From assembly GCA_963790475.1 (NCBI GenBank), contig CAWBOS010000006.1, positions 768,001-832,000 of the forward strand: a stretch of DNA of 64,000 bases, read 5' to 3'. The stretch comes from an uncultured delta proteobacterium. Lineage in GTDB: Bacteria; Desulfobacterota; RBG-13-43-22. The translations under genes and the position numbers were made by a program. Below are positions 19,972 to 30,442 of this stretch, piece by piece (within the stretch, counting starts at the first letter, position 1; each line of letters begins with the position of its first letter). Below the pieces are notes generated by a model. It was given only the letters and a program-made list of their open reading frames with translations, did no database searches and was not told where the DNA came from.

Positions 19972-21426
19972 ATGCCAGTTATCAATAAACTGCCGGAACA
20001 TAAAACCAAAATCGTTTGCACTATTGGCCCGGCTACTCGATCTCAAGTTGTTTTAAAAGAACTGATCAGGCAGGGGATGAATGTGGCCCGACTCAACTTT
20101 GCCCATGGCTCCCTTGAAGAACACCGGGAGGATATTCGGCTTATACGATCATTATCGGAAAAGATGGATATGGTTTGTCCTATCCTGGTAGACCTCCCGG
20201 GGCCCAAGATCCGTATCGGAAAACTATTTTCGGATCCTTTGATTCTGAAAAAGGGGGAGCTGGTGACCCTGTTTACCGCTGAGTCTACCAACGACCCTTC
20301 TCGAATACCCGTGGATTATCAAAAATTGCTTGAGAGTGTTTCCAGGAGAGGGACGGTCTACCTCAATGATGGCTTTATTCAATTGCGTGTAATGGAGATC
20401 ACAAACAATGACGTGGTATGTAAGGTGATCATGGGCGGCTCTTTACTTTCTCATAAAGGATTAAACCTTCCCAAGGCCAAGACCATGGCCGACCCGGTAA
20501 CCGATGAGGATTTGGATTTGGTCAATTTTGGTCTGAAAGAAGGACTAAAAATATTCAGTCTCTCCTTTGTTGAACAGGCCGAAGACATTGTCAAAGTCAG
20601 AGAATTTGCCAGAAAAAAGGGGAAAAATATTCATCTCATCGCCAAAATCGAACGGGCCGAGGCCGTAAAAAATATCAATTCCATCCTTAAAGCAGCCGAT
20701 GGGATTATGATCGCTCGAGGGGATCTGGGGGTGGAAATCCCCATTGAAAATGTGCCGGCCGTTCAAAAGAGGCTGATTTATCAGGCCAATCTCCTGGGAA
20801 GGCCGGTTATCACCGCCACCCAAATGCTGGAATCCATGACCGAAAATATCCGCCCCACCCGAGCCGAGGTCACCGATGTGGCCAATGCCATTTTGGATGG
20901 CAGCGATGCCGTTATGCTCTCAGAAGAAACGGCCATCGGGCGTTATCCTGTTGAAACGGTGAAAATGATGGTTCGCATCGCCAATTCCATCGAGAAACAA
21001 AGGAAAACGCTCAACCCGGCCACCCATTCTTATGACTATCTTAAAATGGATATAGGGCGGGAAAAGGTATCGGTAAGTAACGCGATCTCCCTGAATGTCA
21101 TGGAGGCCTTGAGGGTATTGAAAATTAAATTGATTCTGGCTCCCACCCATACGGGAACCACACCTCGCCGGATTTCGCGGTTTAAACCCGATTGTTGGGT
21201 CTTGGCTTTTTGCCTGGATAAACCAACCCGGAATTTCTTGTCCTTATCCTATGGAGTTTCTCCCTTTTTATTAGAGGGGAAGGATCCTTTTCAATACGAT
21301 AATCTTCTGGCTTTCCTCAAGGAGCACCATCTGGCCTACAAGGGGGATCGGCTCATTTTGACCGAAATGGTTGCCCCCGGCCAGACGGGAGGAATCAATT
21401 CCCTCAATTTCATCACCTTGACCTAA
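19972..21426 (+). CDS. pyk: Pyruvate kinase
   Basis: TKIVCTIGP, IAKIE, MIARGDLGVE, ATQMLESM, PTRAE. Confidence 0.97.
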   Translation: MPVINKLPEHKTKIVCTIGPATRSQVVLKELIRQGMNVARLNFAHGSLEEHREDIRLIRSLSEKMDMVCPILVDLPGPKIRIGKLFSDPLILKKGELVTLFTAESTNDPSRIPVDYQKLLESVSRRGTVYLNDGFIQLRVMEITNNDVVCKVIMGGSLLSHKGLNLPKAKTMADPVTDEDLDLVNFGLKEGLKIFSLSFVEQAEDIVKVREFARKKGKNIHLIAKIERAEAVKNINSILKAADGIMIARGDLGVEIPIENVPAVQKRLIYQANLLGRPVITATQMLESMTENIRPTRAEVTDVANAILDGSDAVMLSEETAIGRYPVETVKMMVRIANSIEKQRKTLNPATHSYDYLKMDIGREKVSVSNAISLNVMEALRVLKIKLILAPTHTGTTPRRISRFKPDCWVLAFCLDKPTRNFLSLSYGVSPFLLEGKDPFQYDNLLAFLKEHHLAYKGDRLILTEMVAPGQTGGINSLNFITLT

Positions 21427-21576
21427 TAAGGGGTTTACAAATCTAAGGTTTTGATGTGCCAGTTTTAGATTTTACCAACTTTTCTTCTAAAATTATTTTA
21501 TATACTTTGTGCTAAAAGGTTATCCTTAAATTCATGACCTTCAGAAGATAGCGTCCATGTTTCAGAAAGGTCGCTG

Positions 21577-21650
21577 ATAGCAAGAGTTGGCTTACCCGGC
21601 ATACCTCACAATGTTACACGGCGGGTAGAACGTCGGAGGCAGACTTTTTC
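21577..21650 (+). pseudogene. N-terminal remnant of a RAYT/Y1 transposase
   Basis: Translates IARVGLPGIPHNVTRRVERRRQTF, resembling the MPRxARxxxPGxPHHVTQRG start. Confidence 0.55.
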
Positions 21651-21652
21651 TG

Positions 21653-24115
21653 TTAGTCCAGATAAAAATCCGGTCCACTGTCCCCCATGATGATTTCCTT
21701 TTCCTGAAGTTTTCTGACCTCTTCATCACTCAACCCTAGCAGATTCTTAAGCACGTAATCATTATGCTCTCCAAGCAAGGGCGCGTGTCGGTTTGGCTTT
21801 TGCAGTCCGCTGATCTTCCAGGGCGTGTCGATGATTTCCAGCGGACCGATCTCCGGATGCTCGATTTGCAGGAAAGCGTTTCTCTCGCGGAAATGCGGAT
21901 CGGCATAGACATCCCTGGCCTCCCGGGAAGGGGAGGCGGCCAAACCGGCTTTGCAAAATTCATTAACCATCCAGTCGCGGTCCCGCAAGGATGTCCAGGA
22001 TTCGATGAGGCGATCCAGCTCTTTCTCATTTTGTTTGCGCGAGGCTCTGTCCGCAAATCTGGGATCTTCTACTAAGTCGGGTCTGGCAAGTATTTTAGCC
22101 AGTATGGCGAATTCCTGGTCCGAATGAATCTCAAGTGCCAACCATCGATCCACACCCCAGCATCGGTAGACATTATGAGGGCAATAAAAAGGATGCCTGT
22201 TTCCCAGGCGTTCCTGGATTTGGCCGGTCATGGAATACCCGAGCAGAGTTTCACCGATCAGGCTGCTCACCCCTTCACACTGAGAGAAATCGATAAATTG
22301 GCCTTCCCCTGTTTTAGCGCGGTGATTCAGGGCGGCCAGGCAGGCATAGGCCAGGGTGAGTCCGTTCATCAGATCCGCATCTCCCGGTGTCCCATGGGTG
22401 GGATGACTTTCCGGATGTCCGGAGATATAGGCCGCTCCCCCAATGGCCTGGTGAATGGTGGCAAAACCCAGGTAGTCGGTATGAGGCCCGCCATATCCAC
22501 GACTGGAAAGGGTGGCGACAATGATATCCCCTCGGACTTTTTTAAGTTCTTCGTAACCGAGCCCCAGTTTATCCATGGCCCCCGGCCGCATATTATCAAT
22601 AACCAGATCGCTTTTGGCTGCCAGTTGCCTGGCAATCCGAACTCCGTCAGGCTTGCTCAAATCCAGGGTGAGGCTCTTTTTATTCAGGTTGACCGTAATA
22701 TTCCCCAGCCCCTGGTTAGGTCGTACTTTGGTGGGGACCGAATCCGGGAGCGGCCAGACTACGGATCTCCGGGTGAGATCGGACCTTTTATGCCCTTCAA
22801 TCTTAATCACCTCGGCCCCAAGCTCGGCCAAGGCCCGGCAGCCGTAGGGGCCGGCCCAGACCCAGCTAAAGTCGAGGACACGGATACCTTCCAGGGGAAG
22901 ACGTGAACATTCGGAAACACTTGTGTTCGCAACGGTGTGTGTTGCTTTTTTCAGGAGTCCTCCACTTGATCCGAATACCTCATTATTGTGCTGACCCAGT
23001 AACGGGGCCGGGCGTTCAATGCCCGGCGGTGAGGCCGTCATCCGATAGGACCAGCCAGGGTAGGGATATTTCCCGGCGACGGGATGTTCGATCTCGATAA
23101 AATATCCCCGCGCCTTATACTGCTCGTTGACCATCAGATCAGCGGCTGTGTTAAAGGGACCGATAGGGATCTTGGCTTTAGCTGCCCGGTGATGAATATC
23201 CTCCTTTTTCTGTTGCCGCATCCAGTCCTCCATCAGAGGTGCGATATCCATAAGGTGGTTCAGGCGATAGTATCGATCATCCCATCGATCACTGGAAGCC
23301 CAGGCTGGTTTTCCCATCAGTTCCCTGAAGGCGCGGAAATGATGATCGTCTGCCGCCCCTAAAACGATATAACCGTCACTCGTTTCCATCCGACCCATGG
23401 CCGGGGGCCGGTCGGGAACGCGGGACCAGGTAGTACCGTGATAACGTGTGCTGGCCACCACTGGACTCACCAGCGCCAGCATGACCTCTTCCAGCGATAT
23501 TTCGACTATTCTGCCTATTCCGGTTTTCGGCCGTCCGACAAATAAGGCCAGTCCGGCCAGGGCAGCGGAAAGACCACCGTGATATCCGGCAAAGAAGCCG
23601 CCCATTTTTACGGGAGAAAGATTGACATCTGCAGAGCGGGCCGGCAGGAGATTGGCCAGGGCCCCTCCGTGAGAAACGGTCAGTTCACCGCCCTTGACCT
23701 TTGATCTCGGTCCGGTTCGCCCGAAGGGGGTGATAGAGATATATATGAGGCCGGGGTTGAGCTGCTGCAACTGATCCCAGACAAAACCATGTTTCTCCAG
23801 AACCTCGGGAGAATGGTTATCAATAAGTATGTCAGCCCATTGAACCAATTCCCCGAATCGTTTCCTTTGGTCGTCTTTTTTCAGATCAAGAGTGACTCCT
23901 TTCTTATTAGTGTTGAGATAGAGAAACAGGGCGCTTTTTTCAGGGTGGGCCGTATGATCGGGAAACGCCCCATAGGAACGAGAAGGATCACCCTCGGGCG
24001 GTTCTACTTTAATGACCTCGGCCCCCAGATCGGCGAAGAGCTTTCCGCAATAGGGTCCTGAAACTTCCTGCGCGAATTCCAGGACTTTCAGATTGTCCAG
24101 AGCTTTTGGAGCCAT
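21653..24115 (-). CDS. Two-domain CaiB/BaiF (family III) CoA-transferase fusion
   Basis: Two repeats of LxGxRVLD/E..GP..LA(D/E)LGAEVIK(V/I)E..NKK..LDL..APLLG(Q/E)HN. Confidence 0.93.
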   Translation of the reverse strand: MAPKALDNLKVLEFAQEVSGPYCGKLFADLGAEVIKVEPPEGDPSRSYGAFPDHTAHPEKSALFLYLNTNKKGVTLDLKKDDQRKRFGELVQWADILIDNHSPEVLEKHGFVWDQLQQLNPGLIYISITPFGRTGPRSKVKGGELTVSHGGALANLLPARSADVNLSPVKMGGFFAGYHGGLSAALAGLALFVGRPKTGIGRIVEISLEEVMLALVSPVVASTRYHGTTWSRVPDRPPAMGRMETSDGYIVLGAADDHHFRAFRELMGKPAWASSDRWDDRYYRLNHLMDIAPLMEDWMRQQKKEDIHHRAAKAKIPIGPFNTAADLMVNEQYKARGYFIEIEHPVAGKYPYPGWSYRMTASPPGIERPAPLLGQHNNEVFGSSGGLLKKATHTVANTSVSECSRLPLEGIRVLDFSWVWAGPYGCRALAELGAEVIKIEGHKRSDLTRRSVVWPLPDSVPTKVRPNQGLGNITVNLNKKSLTLDLSKPDGVRIARQLAAKSDLVIDNMRPGAMDKLGLGYEELKKVRGDIIVATLSSRGYGGPHTDYLGFATIHQAIGGAAYISGHPESHPTHGTPGDADLMNGLTLAYACLAALNHRAKTGEGQFIDFSQCEGVSSLIGETLLGYSMTGQIQERLGNRHPFYCPHNVYRCWGVDRWLALEIHSDQEFAILAKILARPDLVEDPRFADRASRKQNEKELDRLIESWTSLRDRDWMVNEFCKAGLAASPSREARDVYADPHFRERNAFLQIEHPEIGPLEIIDTPWKISGLQKPNRHAPLLGEHNDYVLKNLLGLSDEEVRKLQEKEIIMGDSGPDFYLD

Positions 24116-24551
24116 ATTTGGTTCTCCTTTTTATAAAAAATTGCCTCCTTGGGTAAAAAATCGATTCCTTGGGTCGTCATCGTTATCCAAATATTGGAGG
24201 TTTATTTGAGAAAATAATTCACAGAGGGTTGTCCTGATTGCGGATGGCTGTTTCCCCGGTCACGGGTTTTTTTAAATTATCCCTGCTGTTAAGCTCAAAA
24301 TATCCGGAAAAAATATTAGGGAAACACGGATTGACCTCTCATACCCCACCAGACTAATCCTACCTCGGGGTCCCAGTTTGCGCTTCTATAGTAGCGCCTC
24401 CCGAAGACTTCGTCAAAAAGAAAATGAGGATGCTTTTCTCCTTGCCCCGGTATTTATCTTGCCTTATACTCTCTCCATCAAACAGGACCTTTATATCCAA
24501 CAAGGCATTATAAAAATAAAAAAGGGTATCGTCGCTAAGGGAGGTTTAAAC

Positions 24552-25541
24552 ATGACCAGAGAATTCACTCCGGAATCCATTTATGGCATTGCTCGAAGTT
24601 TTATGGAATGCCGCCTGCTTTTAACGGGCGTAGAGTTGAACCTCTTCAGCCTGGCTGCTTCAACTCCCCTATCCGCAGAAGAGATCGCAGGGAAATTAAA
24701 AGGTGATCTCAGGGCTACAACCATCCTGCTGGATGCCCTAAGTGCATTAGGGTTCCTGGAAAAGAAAGATAATCATTACCGGACAGTTCCTTCCCTGGTC
24801 CCTCTATTATCTGATTCCGAACCCGCATCCATTCTACCGGGCATTCTGCATACGGCTCACCTCTGGCGGACCTGGTCCCAGCTTACCAATGTCGTACTCA
24901 AGGGGAGCCCGTCCAAAGCAGATGCCTCCGGCTTTACCGATGATCGTCTGACAGCCTTTATCGGGGCTATGCACGTGGGTGCGGCCGCAGCGGCCGATGG
25001 TATCGTCGCGGCTATTACCCCTGGTTCGGCAAAAGCACTCATCGATATCGGGGGTGGTTCCGGCACCTACACCATTGCTTTCCTCAAGGCCTCAACTGAA
25101 TTGGAGGCTACGATCTTCGATTTGCCACCGGTCATTGAAATGGCCCGAAAACGGATTACGGAGGCGGGAATGCAGGATCGTGTTACGCTGGTCCCTGGTG
25201 ATTTCTACAAAGATACTCTTCCCTCGGGTCATGACCTGGCACTTTTATCGGCGATTATTCATCAAAACAGTCCCGAACAAAACCGCGCCTTATATCAAAA
25301 TATATTCCAGGCCCTGGATTCCGGAGGCCGGATCGTCATCCGGGACCATGTTATGGAACCGGATCGTACCAGGCCGGTTTCCGGGGCGATTTTCGCGGTT
25401 AACATGCTGGTGAACACCCCCGGAGGAGGAACCTATACCTTTGAGGAGATTAAAGAGGACTTGATTAAGGCCAAGTTTGATCAGGTAAAACTCATACAAA
25501 CCCAAGGGATGTTTTCCTTGGTTGAGGCCTTTAAACTGTAA
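24552..25541 (+). CDS. Class II O-methyltransferase with dimerisation domain
   Basis: DIGGGSG, FDLPPV, GDFY, SAIIH; start at MTREF after a GGAGG RBS. Confidence 0.9.
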   Translation: MTREFTPESIYGIARSFMECRLLLTGVELNLFSLAASTPLSAEEIAGKLKGDLRATTILLDALSALGFLEKKDNHYRTVPSLVPLLSDSEPASILPGILHTAHLWRTWSQLTNVVLKGSPSKADASGFTDDRLTAFIGAMHVGAAAAADGIVAAITPGSAKALIDIGGGSGTYTIAFLKASTELEATIFDLPPVIEMARKRITEAGMQDRVTLVPGDFYKDTLPSGHDLALLSAIIHQNSPEQNRALYQNIFQALDSGGRIVIRDHVMEPDRTRPVSGAIFAVNMLVNTPGGGTYTFEEIKEDLIKAKFDQVKLIQTQGMFSLVEAFKL

Positions 25542-25772
25542 TTCGGAAGGACAATCAAGAAAAATCTTTATCTGTTTGGCTTGTTGAACAAAATTTTACT
25601 TGGTCTAGGTTTGAAGGGGACATTTGGCCAGTGGAGATAGACCAGGACAAGCCACCGACATCTTAAAAAGAAGTTGCCAGGGCTTTATCCAAAACCTTTC
25701 AATATTCAAAAACTATCCCACTCTATTAGAAAGGTCTTGGAAGAGTGAATTTTTCTTTTCTGATCGGTTTGT

Positions 25773-25895
25773 TTATCTTTTTCGCCCGCTTCCGAAAGGC
25801 GACCCCAGTACCCCCCGAATAATCTGACGCCCGATCTGACTCGCGATGGCATGGGCGGCGCTTTGGGCCATGGCCCCTAGCAGTTTTGAGGTTTC
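25773..25895 (-). pseudogene. C-terminal remnant of a DUF853/YjgR HerA-like ATPase
   Basis: Translates KLLGAMAQSAAHAIASQIGRQIIRGVLGSPFG..*. Confidence 0.6.
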
Positions 25896-25920
25896 CGATA
25901 ATTATGATTCAATTGGACCT

Positions 25921-25998
25921 TGCCCCCCTTCACTTTGAGCTAAGTAATTCTGGCAACCTCCTTTTTAATCAGGGGGGAATTTTGTTCAGGGTTGCCAA
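25921..25998 (-). repeat. Dispersed ~80-bp repeat, copy 1
   Basis: Reverse complement aligns with 46616-46696 (TTGGCAACCCTGAA..CCCCCTGATTAAA..AAAGTGAAGGGGGGCA). Confidence 0.75.
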
Positions 25999-26055
25999 GG
26001 TTCAGGGCTGCGAAAAAAAGTTGACGGAAGGCCTTTAAAATATGATATGTCTTAT

Positions 26056-27462
26056 GAGCCTCTTGCAAAAGTCTATTTTTAGGGAATAGACAAGCATAAA
26101 GAGTGAGCCTCAGCGGTGGTTCTGTGTTAAGATGATGTTTAGAAAGAACACAAAAAAACACAGGAGACACCGATGAAGCTCTGGAAAAAAGTATCATGGT
26201 TAAGGGGTAGATTGCAACAAGGTTTATTTTCCGATTTAGAAGAATGTTGGGAACAGCCTTTGACTGAAAAAGAGGAACGGCTGGTGACGATATTGGAACT
26301 GGTTGAGGTTGAAAGATATGTTCCCCGGAGTTCTTTAAATCAGTGGATGGGGAGGAAGATCCTTGAGCGCCAAGCGATAGCGCGGGCTTTTGTGGCCAAG
26401 ACGGTCTATAACCATTCCTTCACCAGATCAACCATTGAACATTTGAAAACGACGTCTAATGTAAGACGCATCTGCGGGTTCGAAAAGGTATCCGACATTC
26501 CCTCTGAGGCCACTTTTTCCAGGGCCTTTGCGGAGTTTGCCGAAGGGGGGCTTGGCGAAAAAGTTCACGAAGCCCTGGTGGAACGTTGTTTAAAGCCGGA
26601 ACTGGTTGGTCATATATCCCGAGACGCAACGGCCATAGAAGGTCGGGAAAAGCCGACTAAGAAGCCTGTAAAAGAAAAGCCTGCGCCGAAGAAGAGAGGA
26701 CGTCCAGTCAAGGGAGAACTCCGTGATTCCAAGGAAGACAAACGCTTGACCAGGCAACGAGAGCAATCAGTTGAAGAGGCCTTAAAAGAATTGCCGGTTT
26801 ACTGCGACGTAGGGACCAAGAAGAACTCCAAAGGGTACAAAGAGACCTGGGTCGGGTATAAACTCCATGCCGATGTTAATGATTGCGGATTGCCGGTGAG
26901 TGTCGTCTTGACCGCAGCATCGCTTCATGACAGCCAGGTCGCTATACCGTTAATGAAGATGACCAGTTCCAAGGTGGATTATCTTTATGATTTGATGGAT
27001 GCCGCTTATGACGCTGGATCTATCTATGCAATCAGCAGAGCTCTGGGACATGTGCCCATTATCGACAAGAACTTCCGCGGTAAGGATGTGATCCCTATGG
27101 CTCCCCACGAGGCCAGAAGATTTAATGGAAGGACAGCATCAGAACGGTTCAATAGCCGGTTAAAAGAAGAGTTCGGTGCCAAGAATGTCATGGTCCGAGG
27201 AGCCTTGAAAGTCAATCTCCATCTCATGTTTGGCGTCCTGGCGCTCTTTGCGGATCAGTTGATAAAGTTGGCTTCCTGAGTAAATTTTCAAAGAACGGGG
27301 TGAAAAGTTCAGGTCAGGAGGAGAACTATGCCTGAAAATTGTTACCAAAGTCTCAAATCTGACTATCGTCGTTAAGAAAGACCCAAAATTTCTAAATCGA
27401 CTGGGATAACTGCCTGCTGATATATTTCATCATGCAGTTTTTATAAGTTTTGCAAAAGGCTC
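26056..27462 (+). mobile_element. Intact-looking DDE insertion sequence (IS5/IS1182-like), 1407 bp
   Basis: Terminal IRs GAGCCTCTTGCAAAA / TTTTGCAAAAGGCTC; 4-bp direct repeat TTAT on both sides. Confidence 0.9.
26173..27279 (+). CDS. DDE transposase
   Basis: PSEATFSR, SRDATAI, GYKLH, HDS, MDAAYD, ERFNSRLK. Confidence 0.93.
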   Translation: MKLWKKVSWLRGRLQQGLFSDLEECWEQPLTEKEERLVTILELVEVERYVPRSSLNQWMGRKILERQAIARAFVAKTVYNHSFTRSTIEHLKTTSNVRRICGFEKVSDIPSEATFSRAFAEFAEGGLGEKVHEALVERCLKPELVGHISRDATAIEGREKPTKKPVKEKPAPKKRGRPVKGELRDSKEDKRLTRQREQSVEEALKELPVYCDVGTKKNSKGYKETWVGYKLHADVNDCGLPVSVVLTAASLHDSQVAIPLMKMTSSKVDYLYDLMDAAYDAGSIYAISRALGHVPIIDKNFRGKDVIPMAPHEARRFNGRTASERFNSRLKEEFGAKNVMVRGALKVNLHLMFGVLALFADQLIKLAS

Positions 27463-27530
27463 TTATAATTATAATAATGTCTTTTTTGCCTGGCAGTCAC
27501 CGCAAAAAAGATTGATCCCCCCAAAAGGAG

Positions 27531-29207
27531 ATGTTCATGAAAGTTGGAGACAAGTTAGCAGAATTATTGGTTAAGAATGGTGTGAAGTATGTTTATGGAG
27601 TCCCCGGAGGCCAATCGCTTCCCTTGTATGAGGGAATCCGGAAGCTTCAAGACCGAATTCAGCATGTGTTGATGCGTGATGAACGCAGTGCCGGTTATGC
27701 GGCCGATGCCTATGCTCGACTTACGGGACGGACTGGTGTTTGTGACGCTACTGTGGGTCCGGGGGCTACTAACCTGGTTTCCCCCCTGGCGGAAGCCTAC
27801 TGTTCCTCGATTCCGGTTTTGGCGGTTCTATCGGATATCCCAAGGGGCTGGGAGCACAGGCGGATACGGGGAAACGCTTCCCAAGGGGTTCAGCAGGTCG
27901 AAATTTTCCGCACGGTCAGTAAATGGCAGGTAACCGTAACTGATCCCAGGATGCTGGAGGATGTTTTGGATACCGCCTTTCGGATTGCCACCACTGGCAA
28001 ACCGGGCCCGGTGGTTATATCGATTCCGGTTGACATCGGGAGTGCTGACTTTTCCTTTCGGGAGCGTACTCATACCCTGCTGGGATCTGTATTCCCCCGA
28101 TTCAGAACCGCACCGGACCCGAAAGAAGTTGAAAGGGCCACCCAAATGCTTCTGAAGTCCCGGAAGCCTGTTCTGGTGGTAGGAGGTGGAGCGCATATTT
28201 CAGGTGCCGATCAACAGGTCCGGAGATTTACCGAGTTGTTGCAGGCACCGGTCGTCACTACTATCTCGGGTAAAGGTATCATTGAAGAAAACCACCCCCA
28301 GGCCTTTGGGGTGACCGGGGTGTTTGGAAATTCCATCGCCTGTGAAATTATGCAGCAAGCCGATCTGGTTTTTTTCATCGCCAGTAAAGTCGGAGAACTG
28401 ACCACCTTTGGATTTCGGGTTCCCCCAAAAGCCACCCCGGTTATTCATCTGGATACCGATCCGGAGGAAATCGGACGAAATTTTATCGAAAGCGTTCCCC
28501 TAGTGGCTGATGCCTGTTTGGGACTCGATGCGATCATCGCCTCCCTGGACGGCAAGAAATCTGCCGCTGTGTGGGATTTCCAGGCCTACAAGGAAAAACA
28601 GCGGAAGTGGTATGATGAAAAAACATCTCTGACTACAGAATCGGATAAACCACTAAGACCGCAGGCCGTTATGGAAGCGTTGAATCAGGTCTTGACCGAA
28701 AAGGATCTGGTGGTCTGTGACGCCAGCCTGTCCTCCGGTTGGGCCTCCGCTTATCTGAAACTAAACACGACCGGGCACCGGTTCATAGCTCCAAGAGGAT
28801 TGGCCGGAATAGGCTGGGGTGCCCCGGCCGCTGTTGGGGCGGCGCTGGCCGCAAACAAAGAAAATAGAATTCTGACTATCGCCGGGGATGGGGGATTCAG
28901 CTACTCCGTCCAGGAACTCGAAGTCATGAGTCGATTAAAATTGCCGGTGGTCACCATTGTACTCAACAACAACGTGTTGGGCTGGATAAAGCACGCTCAG
29001 AAGTTCGGGTATCAGGAGAATTATATCTCCACCGACTTTTCCCAAGTGGATTTTGCCACCGTAGCCAAAGGTTTCGGAGCAAGAGGGTATACCGTTCGTT
29101 CGCTGGGAGAATTAAAAGATTGCCTGGCCAGGGAGAAATCACCTCAGGGCCCGGCCGTCATTGACGTCATAGTCGATCAATGGGAATCCCCGGTTCATCG
29201 CCTGTAA
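27531..29207 (+). CDS. ThDP-dependent enzyme (acetolactate synthase-like)
   Basis: RDERSAGYAADAYAR, GPGATN, GDGG..NN. Confidence 0.92.
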   Translation: MFMKVGDKLAELLVKNGVKYVYGVPGGQSLPLYEGIRKLQDRIQHVLMRDERSAGYAADAYARLTGRTGVCDATVGPGATNLVSPLAEAYCSSIPVLAVLSDIPRGWEHRRIRGNASQGVQQVEIFRTVSKWQVTVTDPRMLEDVLDTAFRIATTGKPGPVVISIPVDIGSADFSFRERTHTLLGSVFPRFRTAPDPKEVERATQMLLKSRKPVLVVGGGAHISGADQQVRRFTELLQAPVVTTISGKGIIEENHPQAFGVTGVFGNSIACEIMQQADLVFFIASKVGELTTFGFRVPPKATPVIHLDTDPEEIGRNFIESVPLVADACLGLDAIIASLDGKKSAAVWDFQAYKEKQRKWYDEKTSLTTESDKPLRPQAVMEALNQVLTEKDLVVCDASLSSGWASAYLKLNTTGHRFIAPRGLAGIGWGAPAAVGAALAANKENRILTIAGDGGFSYSVQELEVMSRLKLPVVTIVLNNNVLGWIKHAQKFGYQENYISTDFSQVDFATVAKGFGARGYTVRSLGELKDCLAREKSPQGPAVIDVIVDQWESPVHRL

Positions 29208-29461
29208 TCAAAATACTTGGCGCGAAAATACCGTTCGTCGTTGAGCGTTCGGCGTTCGGCGAAAAGTTTTTTTTGATAGTTCGTTCGTGCACACTTCAGG
29301 CGGGGATGAGGGCTTAACAAGAAAATAGGATTTGGGTATTCCTTCCCGCTGTAGGCGGAACACAGGTCCAAGTGATTTAAATTCCATGCCTTTCACTCCG
29401 TCCTGCGGTCCTCGACCCCTTGAATCCTATTTTCATATTAATAGATAAGGGAGATTTTTAT

Positions 29462-30319
29462 ATGGGTGAAAAGAAATTAATCGGCAAAGTGGCCATGATC
29501 ACCGGCGGCGCCCGGGGACTTGGGAGGGGCTATGCCCTGCGTTTGGCCGGATTAGGGGCCGATATTGCTATTGTAGATAGGAATCTGCATTCAGCAGATG
29601 TCTATAACTTTGAGAGAAAGCAGATGACGGCCCCTACCGTCATGGAAGAGTGCCGGGCCCTCGGGGTCCGGGCGATCGGCATCGAGGCGGATTTAACGGA
29701 CCGGGCCGCCACAGAAAAGGCGGTGGCCGATATTGTCGACCAGCTGGGAGGTATTGATATCGCCATCTGTAACGCTGGGGGCGGCACAGTGACTTTTGCC
29801 GATGAACGCGAACCGGAAACGGATGCCTCCGGGAAGCTGGTAGGGGGAAAGTTAAAAGATATCGGACTGACGGGAACCCCTGCGGATTGTCCCCAGCATA
29901 TGTTGACCAGAGTGCTGGATATCAACCTGATGACCTGTATGTACACCTGCATGGCCGTGGCCCCCTATATGAAAGCTCAGCGATCGGGGAAAATCGTTAC
30001 CGCGTCTTCCACCGCCGGCATTCAGGCCAGGGGTGCCTACCATCCTTATGGAGTGGCTAAGGCAGCCATTATTCATTACACCCGGTCACTCGCTCAGGAG
30101 CTGGGGCCCTACAACATTAATGTGAACAGTATTGCTCCGGGCATAATACGCACCGGCAGGCTTGGCGACCGAAGCCAGTTGGCTAACCTCATACCGTTAA
30201 GAAGAGAAGGAACGATTGAAGATTGTGCCAAAGTGGTCGAGTTCCTGGTGACCGATCTTTCCGATTATGTGACCGGGAAAACAATTTCGATCGACGGGGG
30301 AGTTTGCGATCAAAGGTAA
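29462..30319 (+). CDS. SDR-family oxidoreductase
   Basis: TGGARGLG, NAG, YGVAK; start MGEKK. Confidence 0.92.
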   Translation: MGEKKLIGKVAMITGGARGLGRGYALRLAGLGADIAIVDRNLHSADVYNFERKQMTAPTVMEECRALGVRAIGIEADLTDRAATEKAVADIVDQLGGIDIAICNAGGGTVTFADEREPETDASGKLVGGKLKDIGLTGTPADCPQHMLTRVLDINLMTCMYTCMAVAPYMKAQRSGKIVTASSTAGIQARGAYHPYGVAKAAIIHYTRSLAQELGPYNINVNSIAPGIIRTGRLGDRSQLANLIPLRREGTIEDCAKVVEFLVTDLSDYVTGKTISIDGGVCDQR

Positions 30320-30442
30320 AATGACGGGAATGTATCACTAAATGGCCTTTAAAGTTTCACAATGTGATAGTTGGCTGTTTATTTCCAAAGAGCATTGGTG
30401 CCTCTGAGGATTATTTTTCAACTTGTCTAGTAAAGGAGCTAC

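Noticed and set aside
29232-29262. Short CGTTCGG-type heptamer repeats
   Set aside because: Only about four degenerate units and no associated gene; too little to interpret.
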